Positions 1 to 9,839 are shown, counted from the stretch's first letter. The stretch is 64,000 nt of DNA from Candidatus Latescibacterota bacterium (GCA_963707635.1 OY970173.1:1344001-1408000), one strand, 5' to 3'. Numbers and translations: made by a program. Notes: generated from the sequence alone by a model not told the origin.

Positions 1-473
1 CCCGCGCCTCATTATAGTGGACGAACCCACCGCCGGCCTGGACCCGGAGGAGCGGTTGCGGTTCTATCAACTGCTCTCCGAGCTGGCGGTGAACCGCATC
101 GTGCTGCTCTCCACGCACATCGTCGAGGACGTCGCCGTGTTGTGCCCGCGCTTCGCGATCATTCGCGAAGGGCGCCTGCTGGCCGTCACGACACCGGGAG
201 AGGCGCGCGCCGCGATCAGTGGTCACGTCTATGAAGGCGTCGTCGATGTGGCCGACCTCGCGCGCCTGCGCGCCGAGCGCACCGTGACCCAGGCGCTGCT
301 GGTGGAGGGGCGCAACCGGGCGCGCATCTACGAGCCCGACGGGCGCGCCGCCCGCCGGGTTCTCCGCCGCGCCGGTGACGCTCGAAGACGCGTACCTGGT
401 GCTCATGCGTCTGGGGGCGTTACCGGGCCACGAGGCGGTTGGCGCCGGCGCGCGCACGGATGGGTTGCGATGA
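1..473 (+). CDS. ABC transporter ATP-binding protein, 5' truncated by the window edge, with apparent +1 frameshift near 341
   Basis: Frame from position 2 reads PRLIIVDEPTAGLDP (Walker B/D-loop) and LSTH (H-loop). The typical C-terminus PVTLEDAYLVLMR continues in another frame from about 342 to TGA 471-473, which overlaps the next ATG (ATGA). Confidence 0.8.
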
Positions 474-3400
474 GCATCGGACGGCTGCGGGCCTCGTTCG
501 GGATCGAGTTCTGGTACTCCTTCCGGCGGCCGCTGTTCATCGCGTTGGCGTTGATGCTGGCGCTCACCGCCTTCGGGCTTTCCAGCGGCAAGATGACGAT
601 CTCGTCCGGCGACAGCGAGGTCGGCGGCACCAAGGCGTGGATCACCTCCGAGTTCGCGCAGACGCAGACGATGGCGTACTTCGTACTGCTCTACTACGCG
701 TTCTTCGTGGCGGCGGCGGCGGGGCTTTCGCTCCTGCGCGACCGCGAAGTGAAAGTGGACGTGCTCCTGCATTCCACCCCGATGACGCCCGCCGAGTACG
801 TGTGGGGGCGATTCCTCGCCGTGGTCGGCGGCTTCGTCGTGCTGATGCTGTGGCAGGCCGTGGCCACCACGTTTTTCAACCACGTCTTCCAGCGGGCGAG
901 TCTCCAGGAAATACGGGGCCCCTTCGCCCCGGCGAGCTACCTCATGCCGGTCCTGACGATGGGGCTCCCGTTCGTCATCTTTTACACCGGCGTGTCCATG
1001 TATGCCGGGGAACGCACGCGAAGCCCAGTGATGGTGTTCGTGCTGCCGGTCGCGATGCTGCTCGTGTGCGCGTTCTTTCTGTGGACGTGGTCTCCCTCGT
1101 GGCTCGATCTGCGGATCAACAAACTGCTGCAGGTGCTCGACCCGTCGGGATTCCGATGGCTCAACGAGACCCATCTGAAAGTCGACCGCGGGGTCGAGTT
1201 CTACAACCGGCACGCGGTCCCGTACGACGGACTCTTCTGGCTCAATCGGGCGTGGCTGGTACTGCTCGGCGTCGCGGGCGCGCTGGCGACGCAGCGCTCG
1301 GTGGCGTCCTCCGCGCGTGGGGCGGCGACGGCGCGCGTCTCGAAACGCAAGGCGAAGGCCGTGACCGCGACGCAGGCGCCCGCGTGGGGCGAAGCCCCCG
1401 CGGCCACCGCGCTGAAGGCGCTGGGCATGACGAGCGGAGTGCCGTCGTTCCTCACCAGCCTGCGCTGGGTGGTGGTGTCGGAGCTGCGCGAGCTCCTGCG
1501 CCAGGCAGGGCTTTACATCTTCGTTCCGATGATTCTGCTCCAGTGTCTCGGTAATGTCATGGTCGCGGTGGGGGCGTTCGACACGCCGCTGCTGCTGACA
1601 CCCGGTCTTACCGCCGTGGTGGTGGCGAACCAGACCTCGGTGTTCGTCTGCTTTCTGCTGATGTTCTACATGGTGGAGTCGCTGGAGCGCGAGCGTGCCA
1701 CCGGATTCGCCCCGATTCTCTACGCCACGCCGCTGCGAACCACCGCGCTCCTGGTCGGCAAGGCGCTCGCCAACGGCGTCGTGGTGCTCGCGGTGCTGGG
1801 GGCGTCACTGGTCGCGTGCGCTGATCGGGCTCCTCATCCAGCACACGATTTCGTTCTCCCTCACGCCCTACCTGCTGATATGGGGGCTGTTGCTCATTCC
1901 CACCTTCCTGGCGTGGACCGCCTTCGTGACCGCGACCTACGCGGCGACGGGCAATCGCTACGGCGCGTACTCGCTTTCGTTCGCCCTGCTCGCGTTCACC
2001 GGGTACCGCGCGCTCACCGGTGGAATCACCTGGGCAGGCAACTGGGCGCTGTGGGGTGCGATCCGCTGGAGCGACCTCGGCTTCTTCGAGATCGATCGCC
2101 GGGCGCTGGTTCTCAACCGGATCATGGTGCTCGGCTTCGCGGTGCTGTTCACGGTGATCGCGGTGCGACTCTTCGGGCGGCGCGGCACCGACGCGGTGCG
2201 CGCCATGCACCGGATGGCGCCGCGGCGGCTGTGGTCGTCGGGCCTGAAGCTCGCGCCGTACGCGGCCGTCCCGCTCATCGCGGTCGTGATGTTGTTGCTG
2301 CTGGTGAGCCACGGCCTGGAGGGGGGCGCGGCGAAGAAGGCCAACAAGGACTACTGGGCGAAGAATCTCAAGACCTGGTTCGAGGCGCCGGTCCCGGACA
2401 TCGCCCGCTTCGACGTCGACGTGAAGGTGGATCCCGCGCGGCACTGGCTCTCCAGCGATGGGGCCTTCACGCTCGTCAACGGCCTGGACTCGGTGCTCAC
2501 GCGCATTCCGCTCACCGGCGGGCTGCACTGGAAGCAGGTCGCGTGGACCATGAACGGGGCCGAATACACGCCCGACGACAGCCAGCACCTCTATCTGTTC
2601 ACGCCGCCGCATCCGCTCGCGAAAGGGGACAGCGTGGTGATCGGCTGGAAGTTCGAAGGACGCTTTCCGGGCGGCGTCACCCGCAACGGTGGCAACACCG
2701 AGGAATTCATCCTCCCGTCGGGGGTGGTGCTGACCGGATTCACGCCCAGCTTCGCGCCCGTGATCGGTTTCATGGAGAAGGTCGGCGAGACCAAGGACAA
2801 CACCACCGAACCGCGGAAGTACCCGCGCGACTACTACCGGGGCATCACGCGCGCGAGCTACGGCGCCACCGCCTGGTTTCCGGCGCGCGTGACCGTCACC
2901 GGCCCCGAGGCGTACACGCTCAACTCGGTCGGCGTCTGCACGAGCAACACCGTGAAGGATGGATGGCGCACCCAGGTGTGGGAGACCGATCACCCGGTCA
3001 AGATTCTCAACATCGTCTGCGGGCGCTGGAGCGTCAAGCAGGGCGACGGCACCACCATCTTCTACCACCCGTCCCACGCGTACAACGTCGACGAGATGTC
3101 CGCCACCCTCGACGCCGCGCGGCGCTGGTACTCCGAGTGGTTCCTGCCGTATCCGTGGCACGAACTGAAGCTCTCGGAGTTTCCCGGACTCGCCGGGTAC
3201 GCCCAGGGCTTCGGCACCAACATCACCTTCAGCGAGAACATCGGGTTCCTGACCAAGAACGACGCCAAGGCGAGCGCCGCTTTCCTCGTCACCGCCCACG
3301 AAGCAGCGCACCAGTGGTGGGGCAACATCCTGACCCCGGCCAGCGGCCCGGGCGGCGATTTCCTGAGCGAGGGAACCTCGCACTTCTCCACCATGCTGCT

Positions 3401-4082
3401 CTTCGAACAGATCAAGGGGCCTCGCGCGCGCATGGAATTCGCCAAGGGCCTCGAGGCGCGCTACGGCAACAACCGGCGCGCGGACGACGAACGCCCCATG
3501 TACGACGTGGACGGCAAGCGGCGCGACGACGCTACCGTGATCTACGATCGCGGCGGGTGGGTATTCTGGATGGTGTACGACTATCTCGGTCACGAGCGCG
3601 CGCGGGCCGCGTACCGGGATTTCTTCCAGACCTGGAGCGTGAGCCGGGACCACCCGGCGCTGCAGGATTTCGTCGCGGCGATGCGCAAGTACGCGCAGGA
3701 TCCGGTGGCGTACGACGCGTTCGCCAGGCAGTGGTTCGAGGACAAGGTGGTTCCGGAGTACCGGGTCGCCGACGCGAGCAAGCAGGCGAGCGGAGACGGC
3801 TACGACGTGACGGTGACCGTGACCAACGCCGGAACCGGGGTCATGCCGGTGGTAGTGGCGGCCACGTCGGGGGAGCGCTGGAAAAAGCCGGAGGCGGCGG
3901 ATTCGATGGCGTCGTACACGCAGAACCCCGACTACACGGACGCCCGCGAGACCGTGACCCTCGGCGCCGGCGAAACCAGGACGCTCACGATCCACTGCGC
4001 CTTCGAACCGCACGCGGTGGTCGTGGACCCCGACGTGCGTGTGCTGCAGTTGAAACGCAAGCAGGCGACTGCTAACCTGTGA
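470..4082 (+). CDS. ABC-2-type permease / M1-family Zn aminopeptidase fusion with apparent frameshift near 1820
   Basis: ATG at 470 (MSIGRLRASF). Two multi-TM permease halves; the frame switches at about 1820 (..SLVAC / LIGLLIQ..). C-terminal HEAAHQWWG...LSEG (HEXXH-x18-E) and YAQGF...FSENIGF motifs. Confidence 0.85.
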
Positions 4083-4116
4083 GGTCCAAATCATCACTCT
4101 ACATGGAGGTGCCGCA

Positions 4117-4785
4117 ATGGCTCTGCAAATTGGTGACATCGCCCCCGACTTCGAGGCCCAGACCACTGAAGGCCGCATCCAGTTCCACGACTGGGTCGGC
4201 GACTCGTGGTGCGTGCTGTTCTCGCACCCGAAGGATTTCACGCCGGTGTGCACAACCGAGCTGGGGTACATGGCGAAGATCAAGCACGAGTTCGACAAGC
4301 GCAACGTGAAGATCGTGGGCATTTCGGTCGACTCCGTCGAGGACCACCAGCGCTGGAAGGGTGATATCAAGGAAGCGACGGGCGCGGCGGTGAGCTACCC
4401 GATGATCGGAGACTCCGAGCTGACGGTGGCGAAACTGTATGGGATGATCCATCCCAACGCGACGGGCGCGGCGTCGACGCGCACCGCCGCCGACAACCAG
4501 ACCGTGCGCACCGTGTTCGTCGTCGGCCCGGATAAGAAGATCAAACTGATGCTCACGTACCCGATGAGCACCGGGCGTAATTTTGACGAAGTGCTGCGCG
4601 TGATCGACTCGATGCAGCTGACCGCCCGGCATTCCGTGGCCACGCCGGTGAACTGGAAGCAGGGCGACGACGTGATCATCCTGGCGTCGGTGTCGGACGA
4701 AGACGCGAAGAAGAAGTTTCCGGAAGGGTGGAAGGCTCCGAAGCCGTATCTGCGTTTCGTGAAGCACCCGGCCGAGAAGCGCTAG
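4117..4785 (+). CDS. 1-Cys peroxiredoxin (Prx6 family)
   Basis: FSHPKDFTPVCTTE, YPMSTGRNFDE and ATPVNW motifs; GGAGGT RBS upstream. Confidence 0.95.
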   Translation: MALQIGDIAPDFEAQTTEGRIQFHDWVGDSWCVLFSHPKDFTPVCTTELGYMAKIKHEFDKRNVKIVGISVDSVEDHQRWKGDIKEATGAAVSYPMIGDSELTVAKLYGMIHPNATGAASTRTAADNQTVRTVFVVGPDKKIKLMLTYPMSTGRNFDEVLRVIDSMQLTARHSVATPVNWKQGDDVIILASVSDEDAKKKFPEGWKAPKPYLRFVKHPAEKR

Positions 4786-4808
4786 GTCGCCGTGAGGATG
4801 CCCGCGTC

Positions 4809-4955
4809 GCCGTCCGAAGCGCGCCACGGAGGCCCTTCGCGCAGGAGCGAGCGAGGATCACCCGCCGGCCCTGACCACACACGTACCCGTCACTCCGTGC
4901 CAGGCGGGAAGCCGAGCGAAGCGGGCGCAGGGCCGACGTGTGCGCGTCGGACGGC
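4809..4955. repeat. Long imperfect intergenic hairpin (REP-like)
   Basis: Nested inverted repeats GCCGTCCGA/TCGGACGGC, GGCCCT/AGGGCC and CCCGCC/GGCGGG with GA-rich internal loops (GAGCGAGCGAGG, GCCGAGCGAAGCG). Confidence 0.6.
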
Positions 4956-4989
4956 TCCGCCCGGAACTCTCCCGCGTGCCCCGATCGCG

Positions 4990-6051
4990 ATGGCGCTGGC
5001 GCTGAGCGCCCTGATCGCGTGCGGTGATGATGCCACCGACCCCGGCGAACCGCCAGCGTTCGCGCCGACCGCACCGGCGCTGCTTTCGACCAGCAGCCCG
5101 ACCAAGGACGAGGACCCGTCGGTCATTCGCGCCCGCGACGGCTCGATGGTGGTGGCGTGGTTCTCGGACCGCGGCGCCAACGCCGGAGACATCTACATCA
5201 CGCGAACGACGAATGGTGCCAACTGGGCGCCCGCCGTTCGCGTCACCACCAGCGTCGACGGCGACTTCTACCCGCAGCTCTTCCAGGACGACGCGGGGAC
5301 GTTTCATCTGGTGTGGTTCCGATGGTACGCATTCGAACGCGGCCACATCATGCACAACGCCTCGGCGTCCGCGCTCGCCTGGGATCCCGCCGACGAGGAC
5401 ACGGTGACCACCGCGGCCGATGTCGACGACTGGGTGCCGTGCATTACGGGCACCGCCGACAGCCTGCTCGTCCTCTTCGTGAGCAACGTACGCGACGCGA
5501 TCGACACCACCAACGAGATCTACATGACCTCGCGTTCACCAGGGGGGACGTCGTGGAGCACGCCGGTCAAGGTCCCGGGGGTGAACAGCTCGACCGAGCA
5601 CGACCACCTGCCGTTCGCGGCGTGGACCGGGAGCGAGTTCACGCTGGTGTGGGTCCGCCACGACACGTCGCAGCCATCGCCGTGGCTCAACCCGCCGCCC
5701 AACTCGCAGCTCTATATCGCAACCTCTCCCACCGGCGCGTTGTGGTCGGCGCCCGCGCCGATCACCAACGACGCGGCGCCGATCATCAACGTGTTTCCGC
5801 AGCTCTACCCGGGACAGGACGGTGCGTGGCGAATCGTGTGGCTATCGACCCGCGCGGGCGCGCCCGCGGTCTTCGAACTCCCGCTCGTGAACGCAAGCGT
5901 GTACCCGACAGGAGTGGTCGAGGACACGTTCCTGCCGCCTGGCTATTCGCACCGGATCGCACCCACCCCGACTCCCGGGGTCTATCTTGGCGCGTGGGTT
6001 CAGGGCCCCGAGGGGGCGCAGGACGTCTACTATCGCTTCTTCGACCGCTAG
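4990..6051 (+). CDS. Putative lipoprotein, BNR/sialidase-like beta-propeller (start uncertain)
   Basis: Lipobox LIAC. Repeated DxxP-hydrophobic-W blades (DEDPSV, DFYPQL, DWVPCI, DHLPFA, NVFPQL) and T/SxxGxxW motifs. Confidence 0.6.
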   Translation: MALALSALIACGDDATDPGEPPAFAPTAPALLSTSSPTKDEDPSVIRARDGSMVVAWFSDRGANAGDIYITRTTNGANWAPAVRVTTSVDGDFYPQLFQDDAGTFHLVWFRWYAFERGHIMHNASASALAWDPADEDTVTTAADVDDWVPCITGTADSLLVLFVSNVRDAIDTTNEIYMTSRSPGGTSWSTPVKVPGVNSSTEHDHLPFAAWTGSEFTLVWVRHDTSQPSPWLNPPPNSQLYIATSPTGALWSAPAPITNDAAPIINVFPQLYPGQDGAWRIVWLSTRAGAPAVFELPLVNASVYPTGVVEDTFLPPGYSHRIAPTPTPGVYLGAWVQGPEGAQDVYYRFFDR

Positions 6052-6069
6052 GCTTTGCCAAGTCCGAAG

Positions 6070-6102
6070 TTGTCACCGCGTGCTGCGATCGCGTACACTT
6101 AT
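6070..6102 (+). promoter_or_regulatory. Putative promoter TTGTCA-N18-TACACT
   Basis: Sigma70-like hexamers upstream of 6195; same pattern at 9807-9839. Confidence 0.5.
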
Positions 6103-6194
6103 TGTGCCCACTAAGTTGGCTGACCGGGGGAACTCCTTGGCGGAGGTCCCGGCTTCCTCTGCAGTGCACTAGTCAACCCTCGGAGAGACTACCC

Positions 6195-6587
6195 ATGAAT
6201 CGGAAGTGGATTCTCCTTTCGGTAATTACGGCATTTGTACTCCTCGGGTTCGCGTTCGAGGCGCAACGCCCCGTGACTGTCGCGACGACGTCGACTGTGT
6301 CGTCCCACGAGGCGGGAATGATCCTCAACGTGGATCCGGCTACAGGTCAGATTGTCGACCATCCCGTTCCGGGATCGGTCTCGCTCGTGCTCGACCAGGA
6401 TCTCGCGAACGATGTCAGCACGTCGAGCGAGGGCCTGCAGGCTGTCCATACCGGCCATGGCACGATGGTCGATTTGCAGGGTCGCTTCAACAACATGTCG
6501 GTGGCAACCATCGACGCGAACGGCAAGCTCGTCGCTCCGTGCGTAAGTAGCACCAACCCCGCCGCCGATCCGGCGAGCCAGAAGTAG
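6195..6587 (+). CDS. Small secreted protein (130 aa), partner of the downstream metalloprotease
   Basis: GGAGAG RBS and signal peptide MNRKWILLSVITAF. Conserved-looking motifs VDPATGQI, STSSEGL, MVDLQGRF; ends 11 bp before the next gene. Confidence 0.75.
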   Translation: MNRKWILLSVITAFVLLGFAFEAQRPVTVATTSTVSSHEAGMILNVDPATGQIVDHPVPGSVSLVLDQDLANDVSTSSEGLQAVHTGHGTMVDLQGRFNNMSVATIDANGKLVAPCVSSTNPAADPASQK

Positions 6588-6598
6588 GAGGATCGATC

Positions 6599-8131
6599 AT
6601 GAAACATTTGCGAATGATCCTGTCACTTCTCGCGCTGGTGCTGGTGGTTGGATTTGCGGCCGTGGACGCTGGCGCTGCCACCATCGTCATCAACAATCTC
6701 GACGGAGTCGGCGAGGGATTCAACGACATGACGCCGGTGGCTCCGGTTGGCGGTAACCCGGGGGTCACGCTGGGTCAGCAGCGCCTGAACGCGTTCACGT
6801 ACGCGGCAGAGCTGGCGGGCTTCTGCCTGGTGAGCATCCCGCCGATCGTCGTCGATGCCCGGATGGATCCCCTGTCCTGCAACGCCACCTCGGCGGTGCT
6901 CGGTTCGGCGGGTGCGATCCTGGTCTGGTCGGACTTCCCGGGCGCTCCGCTGCCGGCTACCTGGTATTGCGGCGCGCTGGCCAACGCCAAGGCCGGCGTG
7001 GACCTTGACGGTGGGCTCTACAGCGAGATCAATGCTCGCTTCAACAGCTCCATCAACGGCAATGCCAACTGCCTGGCCGGCTACTACTGGTACTACGGAT
7101 ACGACGGCATCCTCCCGGGGGCCAACTACATCGACTTCATCTCCGTGGTGGAGCACGAGATCCTGCACGGGCTGGGCTTCCAGTCGTTCATTAATGTTTC
7201 GACCGGCGCCGAGCTCAACGGGCCGCCCCAGCAAAAGGACGTGTTTGAGACGATGACGGAGCATCACGGGGTCGGGCTCTTCCCGGCCTTGACCGCTGCC
7301 CAGCGCGCCGCCGGGGTCAAGGCGGATCCGAACCTCCACTTCGTCGGCCCCAACGTCACGGCGGGTGGCGTGGCTCTGGTCGGCGGAGTGAGCGACGGCC
7401 ACGTGCGCCTGTATGGACCGGCGACGCTCGCGCCCGGCTCGACGCTGTCTCACTGGAGCACGGCGTTGACACCGAACGAGCTGATGGAGCCGATCTACAC
7501 CGGCCCGAACCACAGCCGCGGCCTCGCGGAGGCGCTGCTGATGGATATCGGCTGGACGATTCAGTGCCCGGTTACGGTGGCGATCTCCTCGTTCGACGCG
7601 CGGGCCGTGGCCGGCGGCGTTCGTCTCGACGCGGTGTTCGCGTCGACGTTCGACGCGGTCTGGGTCCACGTGTATCGCGCCGAGGGCTCGGGGCAGTTCC
7701 GGGCGATCGCGACCGAGGCCCAGAACGGGAAGGCCAGCTTCTCGTATGTCGACCAGAGCGCCGCGCCTGGCACCGAGTACAGCTACCAGATCGGCGTGGT
7801 CGATCAGGACGGCGAGTTCATGTCGCCGGTCCAGAAGGTGACCCTGTCCGCGACGGCGGCATCGCTCGCCCAGAACGAGCCGAACCCGTTCAACCCGACA
7901 ACCTCGATCCGGTTCACCCTCGCGTCGAAGGAGCAAGTGACGCTCTCGATTTACGACGTGAGCGGACGCCTGGTACGCAGCCTCGTTAACGAGGAGCGCG
8001 GAATCGGTTCGCACAGTGTCGCGTGGGACGGCCGCGACGCCGCCGGCAACCCGGCGGGCTCCGGCCTCTACTTCTATCGGCTGAACGCTGGAAAGTTCAG
8101 CGACACGAAGAAGATGGTATTGCTGAAGTAG
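6599..8131 (+). CDS. Secreted Zn-metalloprotease with C-terminal FlgD Ig-like / T9SS-CTD-like domain
   Basis: AGGAGG RBS and signal peptide. HEILHGLG, downstream SHW and ELM (Met-turn-like). C-terminus QNEPNPFNPTT...WDGRD...GLYFYRL...KKMVLLK. Confidence 0.85.
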   Translation: MKHLRMILSLLALVLVVGFAAVDAGAATIVINNLDGVGEGFNDMTPVAPVGGNPGVTLGQQRLNAFTYAAELAGFCLVSIPPIVVDARMDPLSCNATSAVLGSAGAILVWSDFPGAPLPATWYCGALANAKAGVDLDGGLYSEINARFNSSINGNANCLAGYYWYYGYDGILPGANYIDFISVVEHEILHGLGFQSFINVSTGAELNGPPQQKDVFETMTEHHGVGLFPALTAAQRAAGVKADPNLHFVGPNVTAGGVALVGGVSDGHVRLYGPATLAPGSTLSHWSTALTPNELMEPIYTGPNHSRGLAEALLMDIGWTIQCPVTVAISSFDARAVAGGVRLDAVFASTFDAVWVHVYRAEGSGQFRAIATEAQNGKASFSYVDQSAAPGTEYSYQIGVVDQDGEFMSPVQKVTLSATAASLAQNEPNPFNPTTSIRFTLASKEQVTLSIYDVSGRLVRSLVNEERGIGSHSVAWDGRDAAGNPAGSGLYFYRLNAGKFSDTKKMVLLK

Positions 8132-8157
8132 CTCTGACTTCGCTGGATGGGCAACGA

Positions 8158-8198
8158 AGGCGCCCCGGGGGTAGCTCTCCCGGGGCGCCTGCTTTTTT
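8158..8198 (+). terminator. Rho-independent terminator
   Basis: 12-bp stem AGGCGCCCCGGG/CCCGGGGCGCCT followed by GCTTTTTT. Confidence 0.85.
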
Positions 8199-8332
8199 GC
8201 CCGGCCCGCCGGGACTCTGCGCTCGCGCGGCGGGACATTTGCTACCGCTACTTCGCGAACTAGGATACCGTGCCACAGGTGTCTTGCGGGTCCGTGGGCG
8301 CATGCGACACCCGGGTGGCGGTGGTTGCCCGG

Positions 8333-8388
8333 CCCCGACGTGCGCGTGTTGCAGTTGCGCCCGCAAGCAGGCGATTGTCACCCTATGA
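8333..8388 (+). pseudogene. Decayed copy of the 3' end of the permease/M1 aminopeptidase gene
   Basis: About 45 of 56 nt identical to 4028-4082. Encodes PDVRVLQL/RKQAIVTL* versus PDVRVLQLKRKQATANL*, with a 1-nt insertion. Confidence 0.7.
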
Positions 8389-9164
8389 ATTTGCGGATTA
8401 ACATCGCCCGCGGCCGGGAGCGCGGCGGTCGTCTCGCTCCACGCCCGGCCGCGCTGTGCAGTCTGGTGGTCCTGCTCGCGGCATGCAGCGCGGCGCCACC
8501 ACCCTCACCGCCGCCGGAACTCGAGCCGCGGTTCGCGGCGCAACAGCGCGTCGTCGAGTCGTTCTTCGGCGCGACGATGCCGAAGCCGTACGCGGTTCAC
8601 GTCGTGCCGACACGCGCGGCGATGATCGCCTTCGCCGCGAAGCGCTGGAAGCTCCCCGAACTGCCGTGTTGGGCGGTCGCGATGGGGACCGGCACCACGC
8701 TGCTCCTGCTCGACCCGCCCGCGTGGAAGACCGAGGCGTGCGATCACGCGAACGACGGCCCCGCCGAGGTCGACAGGGTCATCGCCCACGAGCTCGTGCA
8801 TGTCTATCACGGCCAGCATCGCCCCGACGACATCGAGTTCGATAAGGCAGAGGCCATCGACTGGTTCGTCGAGGGGCTCGCGATCTACGCCGCGGGCCAG
8901 CTCGACGACGAGCGCCTCGCCCAGGTTGCCGAGCTCGTCGGAAGCGGCAACGAACCGAAGCGCCTCGCCGACGCGTGGTCGGGCAACGCGCGCTACGCCG
9001 TCTCCGGAACGCTCGTGCGGCTGATCGATCGGCGAATCGGCCGCCCGCGCCTCTGCACGCTGTTGCCGCTCTCGAAGCCCGCCGATCTGCTCGCAGCGAT
9101 AGGCATGACCGAGTCCGAGCTCCTCGAGGCCTGGCGCCAATCCGTCAGCGATCCCGCGCACTAA
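8385..9164 (+). CDS. Putative lipoprotein with gluzincin (peptidase MA-like) domain
   Basis: Lipobox LLAAC; HELVH followed by WFVEGLAIY. Confidence 0.75.
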   Translation: MNLRINIARGRERGGRLAPRPAALCSLVVLLAACSAAPPPSPPPELEPRFAAQQRVVESFFGATMPKPYAVHVVPTRAAMIAFAAKRWKLPELPCWAVAMGTGTTLLLLDPPAWKTEACDHANDGPAEVDRVIAHELVHVYHGQHRPDDIEFDKAEAIDWFVEGLAIYAAGQLDDERLAQVAELVGSGNEPKRLADAWSGNARYAVSGTLVRLIDRRIGRPRLCTLLPLSKPADLLAAIGMTESELLEAWRQSVSDPAH

Positions 9165-9754
9165 GCACGATCCGTGCTTCCAGGCGATCCTTTCAGCCAC
9201 GACTCGGCCTGCGCCCGGCACGATGCGAGCGGGACGGGTGCGTGCGGTGTTCCCGGCTCCGAACCTAGCTGGAGCTGCCACCACCCGACGTCGCGCCATT
9301 CCCCGTTCTTGAAACCGATGCGCTTCAAGTGCGCGATCCGTTCGAACCCGAGCGACTCGTGCAGCGCGATGCTCGCCGGGTTGGGGAGCGCAATGACGCC
9401 CACCGCATTCACGAAGCCCTGGCCGCGGAGCACGCGAAAGAGCGCCTGGTAGAGCGCGCGGCCGACGCCCGTGCGGCGCGCGCCCGCCACGACGTACACG
9501 GCGACTTCGACGCTCCACTGGTAGGCGGCGCGGTCCTTCACCGGGGAGGCGTACGCGTAGCCCGCGACACACCCCTCGTCGATCGCGACCACCCACGGGC
9601 GCTGCGCGAGGGTCGACTCGATGCGGCGCGCGAACTCGTCGCGCGAGGGCACTTCGGTCTCGAAGGTGACGTGTGAGGTCTCGACGAAGGGTCGGTAGAT
9701 GTCGAGGCAGCCGGCGGCGTCGGCGGGTGTGGCGAGTCGAATGCGATGGGGCAT
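9161..9754 (-). CDS. GNAT N-acetyltransferase, phosphinothricin acetyltransferase (PAT/YncA)-like
   Basis: VTFETEVP, RAAYQWSVEVAVYV, GVGRALY, NPASIALHESLGF and GFKNGEWRDV motifs. Confidence 0.9.
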   Translation of the reverse strand: MPHRIRLATPADAAGCLDIYRPFVETSHVTFETEVPSRDEFARRIESTLAQRPWVVAIDEGCVAGYAYASPVKDRAAYQWSVEVAVYVVAGARRTGVGRALYQALFRVLRGQGFVNAVGVIALPNPASIALHESLGFERIAHLKRIGFKNGEWRDVGWWQLQLGSEPGTPHAPVPLASCRAQAESWLKGSPGSTDRA

Positions 9755-9806
9755 GCGCGATCATACGTCCGCGCCGGGCGCGAAATCAACCATCCAGGCA
9801 TGCGGG

Positions 9807-9839
9807 TTGTAATCTAACCCGCGTGTCGTTTACACTTAT
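9807..9839 (+). promoter_or_regulatory. Putative promoter TTGTAA-N18-TACACT
   Basis: Matches 6070-6102 (GTTGTxA...TCGnnTACACTTAT). Overlaps the inverted repeat GCGGGTT/AACCCGC. Confidence 0.5.

Noticed and set aside
17..4075. 1352-aa ORF as one ATPase-permease fusion
   Set aside because: Artefact of two frameshifts. Residues after about 1820 are low-complexity off-frame translation; the real genes are 1-473 and 470-4082.
4792..4989. N-terminal extension of the propeller lipoprotein
   Set aside because: Low-complexity R/P/G sequence overlapping a long hairpin; the lipobox points to a start near 4990.
9161..9754. Bona fide herbicide or arsinothricin resistance gene
   Set aside because: Family membership is clear, but the substrate cannot be inferred and there are no ars genes nearby.
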